Assembly (NCBI GenBank): GCA_951406725.2
Contig: OX597832.1
Location: 27,280,001-27,344,000, forward strand
Length of the DNA stretch: 64,000 nucleotides
DNA from: Octopus vulgaris
Lineage: Eukaryota
Direction: 5' to 3'
Made by a program: the position numbers and the translations under genes. Positions 1-13,132 of this stretch are shown here, piece by piece. Numbering within the stretch: position 1 is the stretch's first letter; each line of letters begins with the position of its first letter. Below the pieces are notes generated by a model, which made no database searches, was not told the DNA's origin, and was given only the letters and a program-made list of their open reading frames with translations.

Positions 1-236
1 GACGGAAATTTTGTAGGCGTAGACAAAATGTCTGACGTGAATAACAATTAGCTTTGTCTGTCTCCGTCTCTGTCTTTCTCTCTCTTTATATATATATATA
101 TATATATACATTCACAAGATTATATGTATGTATATATATACACACACATATATACATATACATATATATATACACATATATATACATATATAATCACACA
201 TATACATACACTCATATATATATATATATATATATA

Positions 237-379
237 AATTAAAATACTGAGGGTAGAAATTCATATCAATCAATTAACATCAATTTAAACCAGTGGTCTA
301 GCACATTAAAAAAATCCGACGATTTAAAAATTATATTGCTGTTGATTGATATCAATTTCTACCCTCTGTATTTTAATTG
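237..379. repeat. Short foldback element (~37-bp inverted arms, ~70-bp spacer) between (TA)n and (TG)n
   Basis: AATTAAAATACTGAGGGTAGAAATTCATATCAATCAA at ~237 is almost the reverse complement of TTGATTGATATCAATTTCTACCCTCTGTATTTTAATT ending at ~379. Confidence 0.75.
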
Positions 380-381
380 TA

Positions 382-418
<37 letters not shown>

Positions 419-429
419 GCTTTACTATG

Positions 430-908
430 TAAATATAGCCATTCCACTATCAAAGAAGAACTAAGAGCAGTGATCCTGTCTCTCTGGTCGGAAGGTGTGT
501 CCGGTGCTGAAATTCGTCTGAGGCATTTAGCACAATATGGAGACAGTGCACTACCGCGTAGAAGTGTGTATGAGTGGATCGAGAAGTTTAAAAGTGGCCG
601 AACAAGCGTGACGTACGAAGAAGGAGCAGGACGCCCGTCAACCTCCACCATCGACGAAGAGATTCAGCAAGCTCGAGAGATCGTAATGGTGAATCATTAC
701 CATCTCTTTGTTTTTCTTTGGTGCACATTGCTAGTGGTGCGGCCATGCTTCCACTGTAAAGCCAGAAAGAAGAATTGCTCGATCAGGCTCAAATTTCGAT
801 CACGTGATCACATTAGTACCAACTATAAGCAGGCATGCGCAGAAGGCAGTGACAATAATAAAGATGTGTTATGGCGAAAGTGCGGATAATTTTTTTTACT
901 TCCCTTAT
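430..908 (+). mobile_element. Internally deleted mariner remnant (N-terminal HTH, YHLF fragment, 3' end)
   Basis: Translation EELRAVILSLWSEGVSGAEI...YGDSALPRRSVYEWIEKFKSGRTSV...GRPSTS is a typical mariner HTH. It then jumps to YHLF; a TIR-like AAAGTGCGGATAATTTT...CCCTTATA lies at ~877-908. Confidence 0.8.
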
Positions 909-1336
909 ATATATATATGTATGTATACAGCTTAGATGTATCTCTGCTACATATAACAGAGTGCTCAAAGTGAAAAAAAAATTACAGAGCAAAGCATAGG
1001 AAAAAATATATATATAAAGCAGCCTGCAGTCCGGATTTCAGACGTGTGAATTGCGATTATAAGCAGCAATCAATGGATTGATATACGAATAAAACTTTAT
1101 TCCGTTCACGAAAGGCCAATATTGAAAATATTTGAAAGTTCAATGTTCCGTTTTATTTTATGACTGATTTTGGATTGAAAATATTTCTATTATATATAAA
1201 TGTATGTGTATATACGCGTGTACACGCACACACACATATACATGTATATATCTTTCATCCTTATTTATTTCAGTCATTTAAGCTCGGCCATGCTGGGGCA
1301 CCGCCCAGAAACAATGGTTGGCGGTATTGTTGTTGC

Positions 1337-1542
1337 GAGCTGGCAGAAACGTTAGCACACCGGGCGAAATGCCGTTACGTTCTGAGTTCAAATTCCGCCG
1401 AGGTCGACTTTGCCTTTCATCCTTTCGGGGTCGATTAAATAAGTACCAGTTACAAACTGGGGTCGGTTTAATCGACTTAATCAGTGTGTCTGTCCTTGTT
1501 TGTCCCCTCTGTGTTTAGCCCCTTGTGGGTAGTAAAGAAATA
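1337..1542 (+). mobile_element. tRNA-derived SINE family A copy with 14-bp target site duplication
   Basis: Head GAGCTGGCAGAAACGTTAGC, B box GAGTTCAAATTC, central box GGTCGACTTTGCCTTTCATCCTTTCGGGGTCGAT. GGTATTGTTGTTGC flanks it at 1323-1336 and 1543-1556. Confidence 0.9.
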
Positions 1543-1715
1543 GGTATTGTTGTTGCTTAACTCTATGTATGTTAGTCTCTCTTTGTTCTGATCGAGCAGT
1601 CGTCTGGTCAAGGATGGCCCAACAATGACCATCGTCTTTTATATCAAGAACTGCATTATATACAACCTACCATTTGTTCGTTTTTTCCTTTGAAAGAAAA
1701 TAGTACGATTTATTG

Positions 1716-1776
<61 letters not shown>

Positions 1777-2332
1777 CTGGAAAAGAGATTTGGCTGTCAT
1801 TTGGCATCGAGACCAATCTCTGCATTCGAGGCTGCAAATTTGCCTTGCGCTAAAAAGAACGTTTGTGAAAAGCTTAAGTGAGTTATCTGAAGATGATTTT
1901 TAGAGTGATCCCAGCTTCTCGCTATCATTAGTAAAGTTCTGTTAGGTTTCCTGGTTATTTAAAGTGTTGCAGCTGTATAAACGTTTATATGTAAAAAAAA
2001 AAAGCGAAAAAAGAATGTGAACATAAAACTGGTTAATAGATGTCTTGTTAAATATGCAGGAATTATCAGAAAGGAACGAGCGAAGGTGCAATCGCTTGTA
2101 TAAGATTTTTTCCCTTTATTTAAAAAAATTTTTTTAACGTTTAAATGTTCCTTTTCGTAACACATATATAAACACCCGACTTCGTTTGTGTGTATGTGCA
2201 TATGTATAAATATGTATGTGTGTGTGTCTGTGCTTTTGTATTCGTATGTAGATGCATATATGTACATACATATATATGCACAGAATCATAAACAGATACA
2301 TATGCATGTATGTATATAATACTATACGTATA

Positions 2333-2384
<52 letters not shown>

Positions 2385-3556
2385 AATGCATACATGTATA
2401 TGTATATATGCATATACATATATATGCACACACAGTCACACACACATACATACGTACAAACATGTATACATATATCTACATATGCCTGCAGTCATACCCC
2501 TATCTATACACACGCACACATCTGTTTATATGTATATACGCATGCATTCATGTGTGTGTGTGTGTGTGTGTGTATAAACATAACCACTAACATTTATACA
2601 CGAATTTATATTTGAATTCATATATGAACATATATATACACACACACACACACACACAAACACGTATGTATATATTTTGAGTGGTACTTAAGATGTGCAT
2701 TTGGTTTAACGGAAAAAAGTTCGCATAAAAATCTACTAAATACACCCAGACATATATTCCAATAAACACACGCACCCACACGCATACACACACATATATA
2801 AACCTATAGACACACGCATCCACAGACACACATATACATACGAGTATATGAAACAATAAACACACACACATAATCTAACAGAACCACACATACAGAACCC
2901 TTTGTTCTATCTCCCGCTCTTCCTCTCTTTCTCTTTCTCTCTCTCTCTCACACACACATACGGATGCATACACACACAGAGTAACATAGGGAAGTACAAT
3001 AACGCTTACAAAACGGGACCCACGGCCTGGCATACGCACGTATATATATATATATCCATATTCTCTCATTCACAAACGCATAGATAGCCAGATGTGTTTG
3101 GCAGCCATGCAGACACACACACACACAAGTCTAACGAGAGGAATCAGATGAACTGCCAGGAATATACAGGCCTGCCTCTCTCTCTCTCTCTTACACACAC
3201 ACAAACACACACACACACATTCACAGTTATACACACATACACACACACGTTCACAGTTATACACACATACACACACAAATAAAACAGACACATATTCACG
3301 CAGTTACATACACACACACACACACAGACATATTCAGTTATACACTCATACACACACAAATAAATACAGACATATTCACGCAGTTACACACACACAAAAA
3401 CATACATATTCACAGTTATACACACACAAATAAACACAGACACATTCACACAGTTTCACACACACACAAACAAACAAGCACAGACATACATAGTTATACA
3501 CACACATACACACAGAGACATTAACACAGTTACACACACACGCACGTATACAGACG

Positions 3557-3589
<33 letters not shown>

Positions 3590-3639
3590 GACACATAGAC
3601 AGACATGGGAGAAATTTATTGTTTCGGAGAGCATATTGT

Positions 3640-4480
3640 TTACGCTATGATGATGATGATGATGATGGCGATGGTTTTAGTGGCGGTGGTGATGGTGAAG
3701 TTTATGATGGCGGCGATGATGGCAGTGGTGGTGGTGGTGGTGATAATGGCCATGACATGGTGATGGTGTTGATGGTGGCCATGATGATGGTGTTGATGGT
3801 GGCCATGATGATGGTGGTGATGATGAAGAAAATAATGGCGGTGGACTTGATGATGGTGATGGTAATGACGATGATGAAGATAATGATAGCCGTGGCGCTG
3901 GTGGTGGCGTTATTATAGTGATGGTGATGACGATAGCGATGGTGCTGTCGGTGGTAGTGGTGGTGGTGGGGATGATGATGATGATGGTAGTGGTAGTGGT
4001 GGTGGTGGTGCCGTTGGTGGTGGTGTTGATGCTGGTGATGATGATGGTGATGATGATGGTAGTGGTAGTGGTGGTGATGCCGTTGGTGGTAGTGGTGATG
4101 GTGGTGGTGATGGTGCCGTTGGTAGTGGTGTTGATGATGATGATGATGAGGGTAGTGGTGGTGATGGTGATATTGGTGGTGGTGGTGTTGCTGTTGGTGG
4201 TGTTGATGATGATGATAGTGGTGGTGGTGTGGTGGTGGTGTTGATGATGATGATGGTAGTTGTGTCGTTGGTGGTGGTGGTGTTGATATCCTAATGACCT
4301 AATTTCACCTGCTAACTGATACCATTTCCTCAACTCACCTGTTTGACCTAATTAGCCGTAACCATAAAATTATTATGACGACAGCGATGTTGACGTGGTG
4401 GTAATGGCGGTGACGGCGGTGAGGATGATTATCAACTTGATGACGGTGTTATTTGATGATGATGTGGTGGCGTTCATGAT
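3640..4480. repeat. (GAT/GGT)n low-complexity trinucleotide tract
   Basis: Degenerate GAT/GGT repeats; all frames give homopolymeric runs. Confidence 0.9.
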
Positions 4481-4507
4481 GATATGACTAACACGATGGT
4501 GATGGCA

Positions 4508-4602
4508 CCGTAGATGTATTCAAGAGACTTCACAGAATTAAAGATAACTTTGATATAAACTTTGTACAGCTGAGAAAAGTCATTGTTAGGGACCCTCCAA
4601 GA
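4508..4602 (-). mobile_element. Helitron Rep-domain fragment (decayed)
   Basis: Minus translation SWRVPNNDFSQLYKVYIKVIFNSVKSLEYIYG resembles the Helitron Rep motif RWVVPYNP.L...Y..HINVE.C.SVKSIKY..K. Confidence 0.55.
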
Positions 4603-4978
4603 CCTTCCAGGACATTCCAGGACCCTAATATCTGATATGACCCCATTTTTTTTTATTGACGGCGGGACGTGATTTACGTGGAAGGGACGACGTGCTGCTT
4701 TGTCTAGCAGGTTGACAATCCACTTAGATCTGCTTCTTTCTTGGTCCGTATGAACAATTTTTAGTCTGTGACACACAGACACAACGGTACAGAAGACGTA
4801 CAATCACCGAAATTTAATCCCACGTATATGACTGGCGTGGTTTTATCTAACACCGAGTGATAAAGTGCAGGTGTGTGGCCCGGGTTTCAATTCCCAGGCC
4901 GGCCGCGCGCTGTGTTCTTGGGGAGGTCCATGCGGCTATGAATGAGTAACCAGGCAACGGAATTGTATTAGTGATGAC

Positions 4979-5022
<44 letters not shown>

Positions 5023-5134
5023 CGAATACGTTCAGGGGGTAATGTTGGGATCTCGCTCGTTTATACTGTCATAGAAACCGGGTAACCAGCCCTATGAATC
5101 TATGACGCAAGAAAATAATGCACTGGGGTGGGGG

Positions 5135-5600
5135 TTCATGGTGGTGGTGGTGGTGGTGGTGATGACGATGGTGACAATGATGTTGGTGATGATGATAATG
5201 ATGATGATGATGGTGGTGGTGGTGATAGTGCTGGTGGTGATGACGGTGGTGATGACGATAATGACGATTACGTTGGTGATGATGATGATGATGGCGATGA
5301 TGATGATGACGATGATGATGATGACGATGATGATGATGACGATAATGATAATGACGATGATGATGATGATAATGAGGATGATGACGATGATGATGATGGC
5401 ACTGGTGGTGATGACGGCGACAACAATGATGATAATGGCGGTGGTGGTGGTGGTGGTGTGTTGGTGGTAATGATGGTGTTGGTGGTGGTAGTGATGATGA
5501 TGATGATAATGACGAAGATGTTAGTGATGATGATGATGATGATGATGACGATGATGATGTTGGTGATGATGACGACGACGGCGACGGCGACGATGAATGA
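5135..5600. repeat. (GAT/GGT)n low-complexity tract
   Basis: Visible trinucleotide repeats. Confidence 0.9.
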
Positions 5601-5974
5601 TTGATTAAACACAAACCCCGTTCCCGTAGAATTCGATCTCGTACCACTGCATCGAACTCTCGCTTCCGTTTTATTATTTGTTCAACGTTTGAAAGGATGA
5701 CCGAATTTATTTGATTAATTGCTCTGTTAAAACAAAAGATCACCAGACACGTGACACTGGCAACGTTAGAGATAGATCACGTGACTGCCGTAGCTGGCTT
5801 TGCAAAGGTGTGAGATGCTTCCACGAACTCAGTTCAGTTTTTGGCAACGGTGGAAGTGTCCGAAAGGTCACTCGAGGTCATCTGATTGCTCGTTAACTGC
5901 TCCCGGAATCAATCAATTGTTCTTATGGACTAAAGACAATCGTTGTTTTGTCATCACCCCCTCCCCCCTCTGCT

Positions 5975-6690
5975 GCCATCACCACCACCACCACCACCAC
6001 CACCACCACCACCACCACCACCACCACTACCAACACCAGCACAACGGCACCACTGTAACTACTACCTGTACCACTATCAATAATAGCTCAAGCAGGAATA
6101 ACATAAAGGCCATCACTACCATTATCACCACCACCACCACCACCACCACCACAACAACAACAACAACAACAACAACATCAGCAGCAACAATACAATAACC
6201 TACATCAACAGCAACCACCACCATCACTACCATAGTCTCCACCACCACCACCCTCACTATCACCAGCACTACTACCACCACCACCTCCACCACAACAACC
6301 ACCGTCACTACCACCACCATCACAACCACCATCACTACCACATTACAACCACCACCAGCACCAGCACCACCACCATCACTACCACTACCACCACCACCAC
6401 CACCACCACAACCACCGTCACTACCACTACAATCACTACTACCACCTCAACCATTACCACCACTACCTCCACCACCGCAACCACCACCATCACCATCACA
6501 ACCACCACCACCACCACCATCACCATGACTACAACCATCACCACAACCGCAAACATCATCACCACCGTCCCCACAATGACCAGAACCATCAGCATCCTGA
6601 CCACCACCCGAACACAAATAGTACAACCTCCCTACCACCACCACCACCACCACCACCACAACCACCACAACAACAACAACCACCATCTTA
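5975..6690. repeat. (CAC/CAA/CTA)n low-complexity tract
   Basis: Visible trinucleotide repeats. Confidence 0.9.
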
Positions 6691-7169
6691 ACACTGTATG
6701 CAGTTATTAGAACAATTGCCACTAGATGGCGTTAGGTAATTGAACTAATTGACGTTTGTTCCTTAATTAGTGAAAATGGAATGTCTGGGTGTAAGGAGGG
6801 GGTGAAATGGTGAAGCAGAATAATATCGATGTGTCTAATTAACGCCAGGGGGCGTTGGATACGTGTAATTGTAATTCATCCGATTAACACTAGAGGGCGT
6901 TTGTGAATAACGAGATAATTACTATTAATCTCATTATAACTGGACAGACGACATATGGCAGCGTTTTCGGTCGAAACCCACCTCCGCACCTCCAACCATA
7001 CACTCGAATATTCTAGATGGGTACCACTGACCAAATTCAAGGGATCTGCTTTACTACCCGAATTTGACAATGGGTCCATGCTTAGTCAGAGATGCCATGC
7101 TGGTCCTGAGTCCAAAACAGCATCCCTGTATACTGCGGTGGACTGCCCCACAAGAATAAATTTGAAAAA

Positions 7170-7495
7170 TGACACTCCGTCGGTTGCGACGACGAGAGTT
7201 CCACTTGATCCGATCAACGGAACAGCCTGCTCGTGAAATTAACGTGCAAGTGGCTGAGTACTCCACAGACACGTGTGCCCTTAACGTAGTTCATAGGGAG
7301 ATCCAGCGTGACAGAGAATGTGCCAAGGCTGGCCCTTTTTGAAATACAGAATACAGGTGCAACTTATTTTTGCCAGCTGAGTGGACTGGAGCAACGTGAA
7401 ATAAAGTGTCTTGCTCAAGGACACAACACGCTGCCAGGAATCGAACTTACGACCTTACGATTGTGAGCTGAATGCCTTAACCACTAAGCTACACA
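7170..7495 (-). mobile_element. tRNA-derived CORE-type SINE family C copy
   Basis: Minus strand has A box TAGCTTAGTGG, B box GTTCGATTC, CORE-like TGTGTCCTTGAGCAAGACACTT and tail ...CCGTTGATCGGATCAAGTGGAACTCTCGTCGTCGCAACCGACGGAG. Homologous copies at 8935-9232, 32430-32673 and 60710-61015. Confidence 0.85.
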
Positions 7496-7940
7496 TCTCA
7501 TAAAGACTAAACTCTAGATGCAACTGCCCTGCACGATCTACCCAATAATAGATTGAGTAGAACCATGTGCTACAGCCAACTGCTTTACGCTGTCTATTTA
7601 CCTGTAACTACGGGCGGTGTTCATTAAAGATTTCCCCTGACCCACTTCTCAAGGACTGGCATAAACGAGACTTGGCCTAATTATTAGTCCTTCTCTCTAC
7701 ATATCCCAATGGTGACCTACTTCTCCAATCGTCTGTAGAAGTCGGTAGATTGCGTCTGGATCCAAGACTTTACCTCGGAAATACGTTCATCATTACCTGA
7801 AAAGTGTTTCCCCTTCAAAGAAGATTTCATGGTCAGAAAGAGGTTGAAAGTCAGGTTGTGCGAGGAAGGGAGAGTAAGGGGGAAGAGGAAGGATTTTATA
7901 GCCGCAGGAGTGTGCTCTCATCTGGGCAACATGCACATTC

Positions 7941-8108
7941 AGTTCTATATTTAAGAGATGTACATTATTTACATTCGACGGATATTTGTCTTCATCTTGT
8001 TTGTTGTTAACACAACGTTTCGGCTGATATATCCTCCAGCCTTCATCAGGTGTTTTGGGGGAAATTTCGAACCTGGGTTCTCATTCCTAAGGTATTTTTC
8101 GATGTTGC

Positions 8109-8151
<43 letters not shown>

Positions 8152-8233
8152 GTTGTTCAGGTCACTGCTTGGAATCGAACTCGGAATCTTGGGGTTAGTA
8201 GCCCGATCTCTTAACCACTACGCCATATGCCCG
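7941..8233 (-). mobile_element. tRNA-headed SINE-like element carrying a Penelope-type hammerhead ribozyme
   Basis: Minus strand reads GGGCATATGGCGTAGTGGTTAAG...GAGTTCGATTCC (A and B boxes), then (AAT)n, then the hammerhead at 8009-8054 and an A-rich 3' region. The 3' boundary is approximate. Confidence 0.75.
8009..8054 (-). ncRNA. Minimal type I hammerhead ribozyme
   Basis: AACAC CUGAUGA A GGCUG-GAGGAUAUAU-CAGCC GAAAC GUU GUGUU: 5-bp stem I, intact core, 5-bp stem II, and palindromic AACGUU in place of stem III as in minimal PLE hammerheads. Confidence 0.8.
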
Positions 8234-8934
8234 TGGACAACATAGAGACATGTGCGATTATACTTGTACAAGTTCCGTTTCCTGCACTAACCGGAAGTGG
8301 GTCAGGTGAAATCTTTAATGAACACGCCTTGAAAGTACCTCACGACGTCGCAGTCAGTTGTTTTACACAGTGCACGTAACTAAAAGCAGGTACCGCAATT
8401 TACCGAAGGGTATTACAGCCGAATGTTTTACTCAGTCTACATAACTGAGCAGGTTCTATACTCAGCAAACCGGCACACTGCTCACTCCATCATTCAGCTC
8501 TCTCTCTCAGCTCAGCTATGAATAGGCTTCACAAATACAGGGACGCGTACATACACGTATGGCTGTTCATGTATATTTGTTTATACACTCGTAAATACAT
8601 TCTACGGCGCACACATGCCCACACGGCCAGGCATTGAACCAACAGGAAGCACAAACATGTATATACACACATGTACACTTGTACACAATTATGTACACAG
8701 TTATGTATAGACACGTGCATAAATGCCTTAACAACGTGTTAAGTTTCCCATAATACTTGGAACATCCGGTTTACAATATACAACCAGTTATAATTTTGAA
8801 ATGTGGCAGCTTTATTAAATAAACTAAAGACCACACACACACACACACACACATTGACGACTTCAACACAGATGTATTTAAGAGCATCAGTGCAGGTGTA
8901 CTTGAACCTACATCCTCAATATGCACATCCAACT

Positions 8935-9232
8935 GGCTCTCCGTCGGTTACGACGACGAGTGTTCCAGCTGATCCGACCAGGAGAGGAGCCTACATTTGA
9001 AATTAACTGAGCGTTCTGCAGATAAGCATATTCTTAACGTAGTTCTCAGACATTCAACGTGACACGGAATGTGACGAGGCTGGCCGTTTGTAGTACGGTT
9101 GCAACTCATTTTTGCCGGCTCATTAGGATGGAGCAACGTGAAATGAAGTGACTTGCTGAAGGACACAACACGTTGCCGGGCGCGACCTTGCCGTCGTGAG
9201 CTGAATACCCTGATGAATTAGTCACGCGCCTT
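8935..9232 (-). mobile_element. SINE family C copy (diverged)
   Basis: Homologous to 7170-7495 (GGAGCAACGTGAAATGAAGTG..TTGCT.AAGGACACAAC). Confidence 0.75.
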
Positions 9233-9296
9233 AACTAAACACGCGAAAATACACACATATTCACCAGAATACATACTCAATCAGGCGCGTGTGTGA

Positions 9297-9346
<50 letters not shown>

Positions 9347-9574
9347 TTATCTATCTATCTATATATCTATCTGATATATATATATATATATAAATATATA
9401 AAAAAATACGCTATATATAGTCAGGAACAGCCATATCTTAGTCAGTCAATGAAAGGACTTCACAACCTCATATGTTCTTAAAATTTAAATCTACATCTTT
9501 GTCTGTATATCTACCTTCTCTATAATGTTGCCACTTGATTTCAAAATTTTTGTATTAATGGAATACCTCTATAA

Positions 9575-9660
9575 TTGGCTGATGAGTACTCAGCATCTTA
9601 AATCTGTTGTAATACTTACAACATTTAATAAAATGATGTAGTACGAAACGATTGTACCAA
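9575..9660 (+). ncRNA. Type I hammerhead ribozyme with extended stem II
   Basis: UUGG CUGAUGA GUACU...AGUAC GAAAC GAUU GUA CCAA. Stem II continues with CAUC/GAUG, UUAAAU/AUUUAA and UGUUGUAA/UUACAACA; predicted cleavage after GUA (9656). Confidence 0.8.
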
Positions 9661-9689
9661 ATTACCGGAGTCGTTCTTGTTGCTTATTT

Positions 9690-9742
<53 letters not shown>

Positions 9743-9809
9743 CAGAGGATTCACAATCTGGACTAGGGTTTGAAAGTTTACCACACCATAGTGGGTTACG
9801 CCATGGGTC

Positions 9810-10000
9810 CTTTGCTTTGTGGCAGAAGTAGGAAGAAAGAGTGAGAGAAAGTTGTGGTGAAAGAGTACAGCGGGGTTCACCTCAACCTCGCTGGAGCCTT
9901 GTGGAGCTTAGGTGTTTTGCCCAGTAACCACTCCCAATGGCTGGTCTGGGAATCGAAACCGCGAGTCCGCTGCCCTAACCACTGAGCCATTGCGCCTCCA
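9810..10000 (-). mobile_element. tRNA-derived SINE (GGAGGCGCAATGGCTCAGTGGTTAGGGCAG head)
   Basis: A box TGGCTCAGTGG and B box GTTTCGATTCC on the minus strand; the same head and body occur at ~32560-32673. Confidence 0.75.
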
Positions 10001-10796
10001 CTGTTACTGCTGTTGTTGTTTTTCGATTGTACAAACTTTAAAATATTTGACTCGTTAAATTTCCTTCTCTTAAATTCTCACCGTAGTCGTTTGTGTTGTT
10101 GTTTTTGACCATGTTGTTGTTGTTGTTGTTCTTATTGTTGCTTCTATTTATTGTTGTCGTCGTTGTCGTTGTTGTTGTTGTTCTTGTTGTTGTCACTGTT
10201 GTACAATAATCGAATCAGTAACAGTAACATTATAGTTGATGCAGTCAAACAGTGATGAATGACTTCACGTTTCAGATATTTTCGCTGTTTAGAAGAATAT
10301 CGATTATGTGTGTGTGTTTGTGTGTGTATATGTCTGGACACACACACACGTTTATATATATATATGTGTGTGTGTTTGTGTGTGTATATGTCTGGACACA
10401 CACACACACACACACGTTTATATATATATATATATATATAAACGTGTGTGTGTATGTCCAGACATATACACACACAAACACACACACAAACACATATATA
10501 TATACACGCATACACATAGATCTTGTCTATGTTGTGGCACAAAAATAGCAAAATGTTAATCTCGCATAAATTAACATAACATATATGTATGCGCATGTAT
10601 GCATATGTAAACATATATATATATACACACACACAGAGTGTGGTATATTTGTGTGTAGATGGGCGTCCACCTTTGTGAGACCAATGTGTCAAGTGGGTCT
10701 CGCCTTTCAGATAAAGAGACGTAAGAGCAACAGACAGAAACTGAGTCAATGTTCTTAATCACCTTTGCATAAGCGTTTGTTAAACGATTAACAAGT

Positions 10797-10859
<63 letters not shown>

Positions 10860-11666
10860 TATATATATATAAGCAAACACATGTTTACATATATGTAGAT
10901 ATACGTGTAAGGTTGGCAGCTTCTACACGCGACAACATGGAAGCGATCACGCACACACGCACTCACCAATTTAGACTTATATGCACTTATACACACACAC
11001 ACACACGCACACACTCTCACTTTCTCTGTCTCTGTCTTGCTGTCCAGCAAAACAATGTACAGATGAACGCATGCGTGAAAAGGAATTTCGATGTCACGTG
11101 TCTGACACATGCCAACGAATGAAGTATGAGAGGTGTGCATTCCAACACGGTTTATATATGTGTGTGCGCGTATGTTTGTGTGTGTGAGTGTGTGTGAGTG
11201 TTTGTTTGTGTGTACGTGTGTGAGTGTGTGTGTGTGTGTGTGTGGGCGTGTGTGTGTGTGAGTGTGAGTGAGTGTGTGTGTGTGTGTGTTTGTGTGTGTG
11301 AGTGTGCGCGCGCGCGTGTGTGTGTGTGTGTGTGTTTGTGTGTGTGTATGTTTGTGTAAACAAACTTAGAAGTGCCGAGTGAGTAGGTATTTTGCTGAAA
11401 ATAAAGTAAACCTCGAACGCAGCTTCGCTGTGAAAACAGCTTAAAAATTGGGTAAATACTCCTAGGAGACTGGAAAAAAGTTACCAGGGTACGGCTAGCA
11501 TGTACACACCACCCGACCGACATACACACACCGAACCGTAAATAAAGGAAACTTATTCCAGAAACATTAATTTTTCGGACATTCACACGTTTACGCCGCT
11601 TACATATTGATACGAACTTAATTATGTAAATATTTTTGTATGCACGTGTGAGCGTGTGTGTGTGTG

Positions 11667-11772
<106 letters not shown>

Positions 11773-12871
11773 TAGAGAATATGTGTGTGTTAGAGAGACG
11801 GAGAGAAAGAGAGGGAGAGAGAGAAAGAGAGGAAGAGAAAGAGAGAGAAAGAGAAGGAGAGAAAAGAGAGAGAGAGAAGCTAGATAAAGGAACATACGGG
11901 AAAATCGTACACAAGAGATGGAGATGCTCACCCCTCGTTAGTTATCGTCCAAAAATCATCGCAATTTCGAGCCTTTACCGATAAGATTACTCATTTCGAT
12001 GGCGTCGACATGAAAAAAGCGGTTCAACGAACATAGAGGACGGTGACGAAAGAACAAATAGAAACGAGAAACGAAGACGAAATAAGAGAAGACATAACGG
12101 AAAAGAACGCAGGTAGTTAGTACATATACAAATATATGCAAACAAAGGCCTTTCGGCTATGGGACAACATTGAGGTGAGACATATGTACAAGTAGCTTCA
12201 ACGGAAAATGATGTCCAATAAGACTTCGGAAGGAAAGTAGAGAGATAAAAAGAAAGATAGAAGGAGAGCGAAAAAGGAAGGAAAGAGAGAGAGACATCGT
12301 ACCAGATATTAGTCACTGTTAGAACTACTATATATATATATACTGGTATGGATGTATATAGACAAACACATCTCTCTCTCTCATCTGTTACGTCTGCTAT
12401 ACGCACGCATTTTGCATCTACTCTTACACACTGCAAGGATGAGATACACAGATAAACGGAACAGTGAAATGCAATTCCATGTTCCTATTAAGTTCTAAAC
12501 GGAAAATATAAGCCAGATTTGATTAAGCATTCGCCATTTTCTATAATGGCGGGAGTAAACAGGAAGCGTTATAATGAGAAAATTGACAGGAACGAGGCTG
12601 AACGAACGATGTGACTATGAATTGTTTGAGAGTGTTAAGCAATCAGAGCAATGTGTATATGGATGGATGGATGGATGGATGGATGACTGCATGTATGCAT
12701 GGATATTTGAAGTGTGTGTGTGTATATATATATATGTGTGTATATCAATGTTCAAGGAAAGAGAGAAAACAGATTATTATCTCCTAGTTCAGCCAATACG
12801 TATTCAAATTGGGAATACAATCGAATATATACATATATATTTTTATTATATAATCTCAAGGTTGGGCGATC

Positions 12872-12911
<40 letters not shown>

Positions 12912-13132
12912 TTCTATTCTAGGTACAAGACCCGATATTTTGGGGGAGGGGTCCAGACGATTAGATCGACTCCAGTACGCAAGTGGTACTTAATTTATCG
13001 ACCCCTGCTTATGCATGTATATGTGTATATATGTATATGTGTAAGTCTATATGGATATTTGTTCATATTTTTATATATATTAAATTATACATGTATCCTG
13101 TTTCATGTATTAATATTTTTAAAGTTCTTTAT

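Larger units (their letters stand above)
7611..8331 (-). mobile_element. Internally deleted mariner with both TIRs, interrupted by the tRNA-hammerhead element
   Basis: Inverted repeats GTGTTCATTAAAGATTTCCCCTGACCCACTTC (~7617-7648, after TA) and GAAGTGGGTCAGGTGAAATCTTTAATGAACAC (~8294-8325). Minus translation of 7680-7840 LFLTMKSSL.G..HFSGNDERISEVKSWIQTQSTDFY matches a mariner C-terminus. Confidence 0.75.

Noticed and set aside
8157-8233. Possible functional tRNA gene
   Set aside because: Acceptor and T stems do not pair and it runs straight into (AAT)n; treated as a SINE head
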